Positions 57,393 to 64,000 of a DNA stretch of 64,000 nt are shown piece after piece (position 1 is the first letter of the stretch; each line of letters begins with the position of its first letter). The translations under genes were made by a program, and so were the position numbers. Location: contig CAVPPB010000001.1 in assembly GCA_963707215.1 (NCBI GenBank), forward strand, positions 704,001 to 768,000, written 5' to 3'. This stretch comes from an uncultured Chloroflexia bacterium (GTDB lineage: Bacteria > Chloroflexota > Limnocylindria > Limnocylindrales > CSP1-4). Below the pieces are notes generated by a model, which worked only from the letters and a program-made list of their open reading frames with translations, made no database searches and was not told where the DNA came from.

Positions 57393-59002
57393 GCCGGCAC
57401 CTGCTGGTCGAAACGGGTCTCGACCATGTGGTCGGCGGCCCGCAGGGCGAGGGCGACGATCGTGGAGGTCGGGTTGACGCCGCCGGAGGTGACGAAGGTG
57501 CTGCCGTCGGCGATGTAGAGGTTCGGGACGTCGTGGGCCCGGTTCCATCGATCGACGACCGAGGTCGCCGGGTCGCCGCCCATCCGGGCCGTGCCCAGGA
57601 GGTGCCAGCCGGAGTAGCGCATCAGGGTGTCGACCTCGACCGTGGTGGCGCCGGCTTCCATGAGCAATTCGGTCGCCTTCTGGATGTGGAAGTCGAGCAG
57701 CCGGCGGGAGTTCTCGGAGACCTTGTAGTGGATCTCGGGTGCCGGGATGCCCGACGAGTCCTTGAGGGTCGCCGACAGGCGGACCTGGTTAGCTTCGTCG
57801 GGCAGGTCCTCGCCGAAGAGGCCCCAGTTGGCGCCCTTGCCGAGGTGGGAGCGGACGTGGAGGTGGTGGTCGGGGCCCCAGACCTGGGTCCCGGCCCGGC
57901 TCGGCAGCGCCGCGTTGATGGGGCCGAACGTGGGCGCCAGGCCCCACTTGGCGCCGCGGACGAAGCCGCGCTTCTCGTCGGTCTCGTACCACTCGAACGA
58001 CTCGATCGAGCAGCCGAACTGGCCCTGCCAGGACTCGAGGTCCTCGTCGAAGAGTCCGCCGACGTTGGCGAACGGATGCATCATCAGCCGCTTGCCGACG
58101 AGTCCCGACGAGTTGGCAAGGCCGTCGGGGTGGGTCGGCGAGGCCGAGAGGAGGAGGAGCCGCGTCGTCCCGATGGCGTTGGCGGCCATGACGACGACCT
58201 TCGCCGCCTGGAAGTGCTCCCTGCCGTCGCGATCCACCCAGAGAGCGCCGGTCACGAGGCCCCGGCTGTTCGTCTCCAGGCGGCGGACCCGGGCGCCGGC
58301 GATGAGCCGGGCGCCCAGCGCGATCGCCTTCGGCCAGTGGGTCAGGTCGGCCGAGGCCTTGGCGCCCTCGCTGCAGCCCTGCTGGCACGTGCCGCGCTGG
58401 ACGCAGGGCCGGCGGCCGTCGTACGGGGCGGACAGGATCGAGTTGAACTCCGGCCACCAGTGCCAGCCCAGGCGGGCATGGGCCCGGGCGACCCTGAGCC
58501 CGCCGGGGCCGAGCGGCAGGGGCGGCAGCGGCGGGTCCTCGCCGCCGGGCGGATAGGCCGGGTCGCCGCCCAGGCCCGACACCCCGAACTGGCGGTCGGT
58601 CCGCTCGTAGTAGGGGCGCAGCTCGTGGAAGTCGAGCGGCCAGTCGTCGGCGATCCCGTCGAGCGAGCGGACCCGGAAGTCCGACGGCAGCATCCGCGGC
58701 CAGGCGCCCGCGTAGATGAGCATCGAGCCGCCGACCGCCGAGTACATGAGGGGCGAGATCTCGGCGTCGGTCTCGTCGATCGGGTAGTCCTGGGGAAGCC
58801 CGCGGATGTTCGGGCTGGTAGCCCACTGCTTCCGCATCGTGAGCTCCCAGTCGAGCTCGACGCCGCGGTACTCCGACTTGTCGTGCCAGTCGCCCTGCTC
58901 GAGACAGGTGACCTTGAAGCCGGCCTCGGCCAGGCGCAGGGCGACCACCCCGCCGGAGGCGCCGGCGCCGATGATCAGGACATCCGCGGGTTCCTTGGCC
59001 AA
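57389..59002 (-). CDS. GMC family oxidoreductase (sugar/polyol dehydrogenase large subunit-like)
   Basis: IIGAGASG, VGGS, CVQRGTCQQGC, LANSSGLVGKRLMMH, HLLGTARMG, NPT; TTG start after AAGGAGG. Confidence 0.9.
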   Translation of the reverse strand: MAKEPADVLIIGAGASGGVVALRLAEAGFKVTCLEQGDWHDKSEYRGVELDWELTMRKQWATSPNIRGLPQDYPIDETDAEISPLMYSAVGGSMLIYAGAWPRMLPSDFRVRSLDGIADDWPLDFHELRPYYERTDRQFGVSGLGGDPAYPPGGEDPPLPPLPLGPGGLRVARAHARLGWHWWPEFNSILSAPYDGRRPCVQRGTCQQGCSEGAKASADLTHWPKAIALGARLIAGARVRRLETNSRGLVTGALWVDRDGREHFQAAKVVVMAANAIGTTRLLLLSASPTHPDGLANSSGLVGKRLMMHPFANVGGLFDEDLESWQGQFGCSIESFEWYETDEKRGFVRGAKWGLAPTFGPINAALPSRAGTQVWGPDHHLHVRSHLGKGANWGLFGEDLPDEANQVRLSATLKDSSGIPAPEIHYKVSENSRRLLDFHIQKATELLMEAGATTVEVDTLMRYSGWHLLGTARMGGDPATSVVDRWNRAHDVPNLYIADGSTFVTSGGVNPTSTIVALALRAADHMVETRFDQQVPA

Positions 59003-59091
59003 GGCTGCCTCCTTCCGTCGGGTCGGCATCGGGGTTCGGGGCGGGGCGGGACGGGGCGGGGGTCGGCGGTGCGGGGCGGCGATCCGTGCCG

Positions 59092-59129
59092 ATAGTAAAG
59101 GTTCTCTGCCGGAGAGTAAAGCTTCTCTG
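59092..59129 (-). promoter_or_regulatory. Operon promoter overlapped by two LacI-like operators
   Basis: Minus strand TTTACT-N17-TACTAT; direct repeats AGTAAAG(G/C)TTCTCTG at 59094-59108 and 59115-59129 (21-bp period) cover the -10 and -35 boxes. Confidence 0.68.
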
Positions 59130-59229
59130 TCGCCGGGTGGAGGCGGTCGACGTGCCTGACCGTGGCCTCGCCTGATCACGCGCGCCTGAGCGGGCGCGCC
59201 TGAGCGGGCACGGCGCCTGACAACGCGCC

Positions 59230-59404
59230 GTTCTTCTCGGCTACCAGCCTGGCTGGTGCTATCGAGGACGGATCCGTCAATCACCAGTCCGACTGGTGGT
59301 GTGGAAGGTCCATCGAGCGAGCCGTGCGTGGAGCCGACCGCAACCTGGCCCACGAACGGCGCGGCGCCGGGTTGCCACCAGCCACACTGGTAGGAGCGAA
59401 GAAC
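59230..59404 (+). other. ~175-nt branched hairpin (candidate ncRNA or MITE-like element)
   Basis: 29-nt imperfect terminal inverted repeat 59230-59258 / 59376-59404 enclosing hairpins at 59280-59300 and 59340-59375. Confidence 0.5.
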
Positions 59405-59542
59405 CGAGGGCCGGTCAGCGGGCCGGATCCGGGGTGCCGCGGGGCGACGCGAGGACCCGGCGGCCCGGTAGCATCGGCGCCACGGGTCTCGCCGGATCGG
59501 CGGTCCCGACGGCCGGATCGAGGAGCCCGAGCAGCTCGAGCG

Positions 59543-60919
59543 ATGAGTACCGACGACGCGATGACCACCGGGACTGTCCAGCCCTCCATCGAGGCCCGGC
59601 TGGCCCGGGCCGGGCTGCCCCCGCTCCTCCGCCAGGCCTGGCTGGAGGTAGACCTCGACGCGCTCGCCGGTAACGCCCGGGCCCTGCGGACGCTCGTGCC
59701 GGACGGGACGCGCCTCGGGATCGTCGTGAAGGCCGACGGCTACGGCCACGGGCTGGAAGCTGCGGCGCGGGCAGCGGTTCGTGGCGGGGCCGACCTCCTG
59801 CTGGTCGCGACCCTTGACGAGGCGCTCGCCCTGCGGGGCTTCGATTTCGGGGGGCGCGTCCTGGTGCTGTATCCGATCCCGTCGGGATCGATCGGGGCCG
59901 CGGTCGCGGCAGACCTCGAACTCGTCGTCGCCGATGACGCGTCGGTCGAGGTGATGGCGGCATGGCTGCGGACATCGGGTCGGTCCGCCGCGGCGAGCGC
60001 GGGTCGGTCCGCGACTGCCTCCCCCACCCCACGCGTCCACCTGGGCATCGACAGCGGCATGGGCCGAGGCGGCCTGGCGCCCTCGGAGGCCGGCTCGGCG
60101 GCCCGTCGGCTGCTCGATGCCGGGCTGTCGAGCCTCGCCGGTACCTGGTCCCACCTCGCCTCGCCGGAGGATCGGGCGGTCGCGGCGGGGCAGGTCGAGC
60201 GGTTCGAGGCGGCGCTGAGGGCGCTCGGCGCAGCCGGCATCCACCCGGGAGAGCGCCATCTCGACGCGACCGGGGGCCTGCTCAGCGGTGGTGGCCCGGC
60301 GTACGACCTCGTCCGGATCGGGCTCGCGTTCTTTGGGCTCGTGCAACCGGAGCTGACCATCCCGGAGGCACCACCCGAGCTGCGGCGCGTCGCGGACGGC
60401 CTCCGGCCTGCCCTCGCGTTGCGTGGACGGGCAACCACGATCACCACCATCCCCGCCGGCTCGAGCGTCGGGTACGCGGGCACCTGGACCGCCGGACGCG
60501 AGTCGGTCGTGGCGACCATCCCGGTCGGCTACGCGGACGGCTGGGCGCGGGCCTACTCGCCGGGAAGCTGGGCCCTTGCGCGTGGCATGCCGATCCCGGT
60601 CATCGGGCGCGTCAGCAGCGATGCCCTTGCCCTCGACGTGACCGACGTGGCGGGGTTCGGGCCGGAGGACGAGGTCACCATGATCGGCGTCCAGGCGGCG
60701 GCCGATGGTGCGGACACCGCCGGCCCGGCGGACCCGGCTGCCCCGGCGGGCGCGAACGCCGCCCCGATGACCGTCCACGACCTGGCCACGCTGCGCGGCT
60801 CGATCGCCTGGGAGGTGCTCGACTCCTTCAGCCCGCGGCTCTCGCGGGTGTACCTGGAGCGCGGCCAGGTCGTCGGGGTCCGCCACCTCGATGGCGTGAC
60901 ACGCTTCGTCGGACGCTGA
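59543..60919 (+). CDS. alr: Alanine racemase
   Basis: AWLEVDL, VVKADGYGHG (PLP Lys), DSGMGRGG, SHLA, VGYAG, PVGYADG, IGRVSSD; start could be 59561. Confidence 0.9.
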   Translation: MSTDDAMTTGTVQPSIEARLARAGLPPLLRQAWLEVDLDALAGNARALRTLVPDGTRLGIVVKADGYGHGLEAAARAAVRGGADLLLVATLDEALALRGFDFGGRVLVLYPIPSGSIGAAVAADLELVVADDASVEVMAAWLRTSGRSAAASAGRSATASPTPRVHLGIDSGMGRGGLAPSEAGSAARRLLDAGLSSLAGTWSHLASPEDRAVAAGQVERFEAALRALGAAGIHPGERHLDATGGLLSGGGPAYDLVRIGLAFFGLVQPELTIPEAPPELRRVADGLRPALALRGRATTITTIPAGSSVGYAGTWTAGRESVVATIPVGYADGWARAYSPGSWALARGMPIPVIGRVSSDALALDVTDVAGFGPEDEVTMIGVQAAADGADTAGPADPAAPAGANAAPMTVHDLATLRGSIAWEVLDSFSPRLSRVYLERGQVVGVRHLDGVTRFVGR

Positions 60920-61069
60920 GCGGTCGAGGGCGGCGGGTCGATCCGAGGGCCTGACGCCCACGACAGTCGGGTCGGCGCAACCCCCGGTACGTGCTCTCGG
61001 CGCGACGAACGTCGGCCCTGCATGCCCCTGCCCGCATGACGGGCGGGAGCGCCCGCGATCCCCCGGTCG

Positions 61070-61088
61070 GGTCTGGGCATACCCGCAT
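61070..61088 (+). repeat. Dispersed intergenic motif, copy 5
   Basis: GGTCTGGGCATACCCGCAT. Confidence 0.65.
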
Positions 61089-61142
61089 ACAGCAGCCGGG
61101 CGACGATCGCGCCGCGGTCCTGGGCATGGCGCTAGACGGGCT

Positions 61143-61220
61143 GCGGCGACCGAGCGGCGGCAGTCGGGCGGCGACCGAGCGGCGGCAGTCGAGCTGCGGC
61201 GACCGAGCGGCGGCAGTCGA
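61143..61220. repeat. Tandem repeat GCGGCGACCGAGCGGCGGCAGTCG x3
   Basis: Three units directly downstream of the PEPCK stop codon. Confidence 0.85.
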
Positions 61221-61233
61221 GCCGCCGCGACGG

Positions 61234-63094
61234 CTAGCCTCCCAGGCGCTCCCCGAGCTGGGTGAGGTGCCCGGCCAGCTCGGCGCGGGCAGCCGGTCGC
61301 CGAAGCGCGCGTAGTGCTCCTCGAGCTGGGGCAGCTCCCGGGCCCAGGCGGCCTCGTCGACCCGGAGGAGCTCGGCCAGGTCGCTCGCCGTCGATCTCCA
61401 GGCCGATCGAGGCTCAGGTGGTCCGGTCGCGGGCAGCCAGCCGATCGGCGTCTCCTCGGCCTCGACCTCGCCGTCGCAGCGGCGGAACATCCACTCCAGG
61501 ACCCGGCTGTTCTCACCGAAGCCCGGCCACAGGAAGCGGCCGTCGGCATCGCGGCGGAACCAGTTGACGTAGAAGATCCGCGGCAGCTTGTCGGGCGACG
61601 TGGCCCGCCCGACATCGAGCCAGTGGCGCCCAGTAGTCGGCCATGTTGTAGCCGCAGAACGGGAGCATGGCGAAGGGGTCGAAGCGCAGCTTGCCGACCT
61701 CGCCGAAGGCCGCCGCGGTCGTCTCCGAGCTCATGATCGAGCCCATGAAGACGCCGTGCTCCCAGTCGAAGGCCTCGCGGACCAGCGGCACGACCGTCGG
61801 CCCGCCGGCCACCGAACATGATCGCCGTCGATCGGCACGCCGGCCGGGTCCTCCCACTCGGGGGCGATCGCCGGGTCCTGGCTGGCCGGCACCGTGAAGC
61901 GGGCGTTCGGGTGGGCGGCCGGGCGGCCGGCCTCGGGCGTCCAGTCCTGGCCCTTCCAGTCGATGAGGTGCTCCGGCGGCGCCTCGGTCAGCCCCTCCCA
62001 CCAGACGTCGTCGTCGTCGGTGAGGGCGACGTTGGTGAAGATGGAGTTGCCGTGCAGCGTGCGGATGGCGTTGGGGTTGGTCTTCTCGCTGGTGCCCGGG
62101 GCGACGCCGAAGAAGCCGGCCTCGGGGTTGATGGCGTAGAGCCGGCCGTCCTCGCCGAAGCGCATCCAGCAGATGTCGTCGCCGACCGTCTCGACCTTCC
62201 AGCCGGGCAGGGTCGGGACGAGCATCGCCAGGTTCGTCTTGCCGCAGGCGGACGGGAACGCCCCGGCGAAGTACTTCACCCGGCCCTCGGGCGCGGTGAC
62301 CTTGATGATGAGCATGTGCTCGGCCAGCCAGCCCTCGTCGCGGGCGATGACCGAGGCGATCCGCAGCGCGTAGCACTTCTTGCCCAGCAGGGCGTTGCCG
62401 CCGTAGCCGGACCCGTACGACCAGATCTCGCGGGTCTCGGGGAAGTGGACGATGTACTTCGTCTCGGCATCGCACGGCCAGGGCACGTCGGCGTCGCCGG
62501 GCTCGAGCGGCGCGCCGACCGAGTGGAGGCAGGGCACGAAGTCGCCGGTCGCGCGGATCGCCTCGAGGGCCGCGCGCGCCCATGCGGGTCATGATCCGCA
62601 TGTTGGCGACGACGTAGGCGCGAGTCGGTGATCTCGACGCCGAGGCGGCTGATGGGCGAGCCGAGGGGGCCCATCGAGAACGGGATGACGTACATCGTGC
62701 GGCCGCGCATCGAGCCGCGGAAGAGGTCGGTGAGCGTCGCGCGCATCTCGTCGGGGTCGTGCCAGTTGTTGGTGGGGCCGGCGTCGACGGCGTCGCGCGA
62801 GCAGATGAAGGTGCGGTCCTCGACGCGCGCGACGTCGCTCGGATCGGAGCGGGCCAGGAAGCTGTTCGGGTCGCTTCGACGGGGTCGAGCGGGATGAAGG
62901 TGCCCGGCCGCGACGAGCTCCTGGCAGAGCGCCTCGTACTCCTCGTCCGAGCCGTCGCACCAGTGGACGCGCTCGGGCCGGTCAGCGCGGCGACCTCGTC
63001 GACCCAGCGCGACGAGCTCCGGCATCCCCTCCGGCCGGTCCATGCCGCGGTGCCGCTTCGCCGCCGCGCCGCTCTCCGTCGCCAGTGCAGTCAT
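61234..63094 (-). CDS. pckG: Phosphoenolpyruvate carboxykinase (GTP), multiply frameshifted in this assembly
   Basis: [61 protein letters not shown] and VNWFRR occur in several frames. Confidence 0.9.
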
Positions 63095-63364
63095 GTCCGT
63101 TTCACTCCCGATCGACGCGTGCTCGTTTGACACATTCCATCCGGGGACGCAGTCCGACCCGGACCCGCTCGGCCGGGGCCGGATGATGGCGACCGTACCG
63201 CGAGATGCGGCGTCCGGCCGTGGGCCGACCCGCCCTCCGGGCATGGGCCGAGACGCCCGAATGGCCGTGGGGTGGTGGGCTCGGCGGCGAGGTGACTCGC
63301 TCATGCGGGCATCAACCGGCGGCCACTTCGCGCTCGGTCGGGCGCTCGGTCTGTGGTCGGGGTT

Positions 63365-63664
63365 CTACCCCTCCTGCCGAGGCCGCCGCGGGCGGAGGAA
63401 TGGTTTCGGGCGTTCGGACGTCGGGTCGGGCGGGTACGGGCCGTCCCAGATGATCGTCTCGGGAGCGAGGTCGAGGCCGCCCGGCCAGACGAGGGTGCCG
63501 TAGTCGACCGAGACCCGGCGGAACAGGTCCTCGTCCCGAGCGAGCGGCTCGAGGACCCCCTCCCCGAGGAGGTCGGTCAGGTCGCGGTCCACCACGGAGC
63601 CATCGGTCAGGGTCAAGCGGACCGACCGGCCTTCGAGCGGCTCGACGGACTGGATCTCGATCAT
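63365..63664 (-). CDS. DUF2442-domain protein (putative antitoxin)
   Basis: VEPLEG..LTLTDG..VDYGTLVWPGGLDLAPE. Confidence 0.8.
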   Translation of the reverse strand: MIEIQSVEPLEGRSVRLTLTDGSVVDRDLTDLLGEGVLEPLARDEDLFRRVSVDYGTLVWPGGLDLAPETIIWDGPYPPDPTSERPKPFLRPRRPRQEG

Positions 63665-63673
63665 GCCGGGATG

Positions 63674-63931
63674 CTAGTCCAGGGGCGCGATCGGGACCAG
63701 TGGCCGATGGTGCCGCGCGAGCTCCCAGTCGGCGACAAGCTCATCCCGGTGAAGCCGAGCCCAGACGCGCACCAACTCGGTCGCCCGGCGAGGGAACGCA
63801 CCGGCCATCGGCTCGCCATCGATGAAGAACGTCGCGCGGGCGTCGCCGTACCGAGCGTGGAAGTGGGGCGGATGGTGATCCGCGTAGTCGATCGTGATCA
63901 CGATGCCGTAGAAGCGAGATATCTCGGGCAT
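63674..63931 (-). CDS. DUF4160-domain protein (putative HicA-like toxin)
   Basis: MPEISRFYGIVI..DHHPPHFHARYG..WARLHRDELVADW. Confidence 0.85.
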   Translation of the reverse strand: MPEISRFYGIVITIDYADHHPPHFHARYGDARATFFIDGEPMAGAFPRRATELVRVWARLHRDELVADWELARHHRPLVPIAPLD

Positions 63932-64000
63932 GCTCCGGACGGTGGTGGCGATCGATCACCCGAGGCTTCGCGGCCGCTCACCCCGCCCTCACCCGACGGC

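Noticed and set aside
61234-63094. pckG as a pseudogene
   Set aside because: All catalytic motifs are intact and only indels interrupt the frame; treated as assembly error.

Overview
Very GC-rich bacterial DNA. The protein styles (alr N-terminus, PPT-type C-terminal anchor, CpaF, many leaderless starts) suggest Chloroflexota, probably Limnocylindria; this is inference only. Layout: (1) 0.1-10 kb: aspartate and homoserine dehydrogenases, an ArsR-SRPBCC fusion, and an amine/heterocycle catabolic cluster (microprotein, NCS1 permease, ALDH, GcvT-family dehydrogenase, LLM). (2) 10-13.7 kb: flavodoxin, ABC exporter, uppS, tRNA-Gly(CCC). (3) 13.7-46 kb: an accessory mosaic. It opens with a 4.8-kb integrase-less islet bounded by a duplicated tRNA 3' half, and holds many secreted/membrane genes, a GcvT + TMADH/histamine-dehydrogenase pair, two class III cyclases, a CpaF-Rid fusion and three tandem paralogous membrane genes. 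(4) 46-59 kb: a 12-gene LacI-containing catabolic operon for an unknown substrate. (5) alr, a frameshifted GTP-PEPCK and a DUF4160/DUF2442 pair. Most notable observations: three c-di-GMP-II-like riboswitch aptamers (two on a shared ~140-bp promoter+aptamer module) in front of unrelated exported or membrane-anchored proteins; a membrane YheO-PAS/cyclase with non-canonical base-specificity residues convergent with a TadA/CpaF ATPase fused to a Rid domain; a five-copy dispersed intergenic motif often followed by microsatellites; and a ~175-nt branched hairpin upstream of alr. Clustered frameshifts in three genes look like long-read assembly errors. All calls are by eye; no searches were run.
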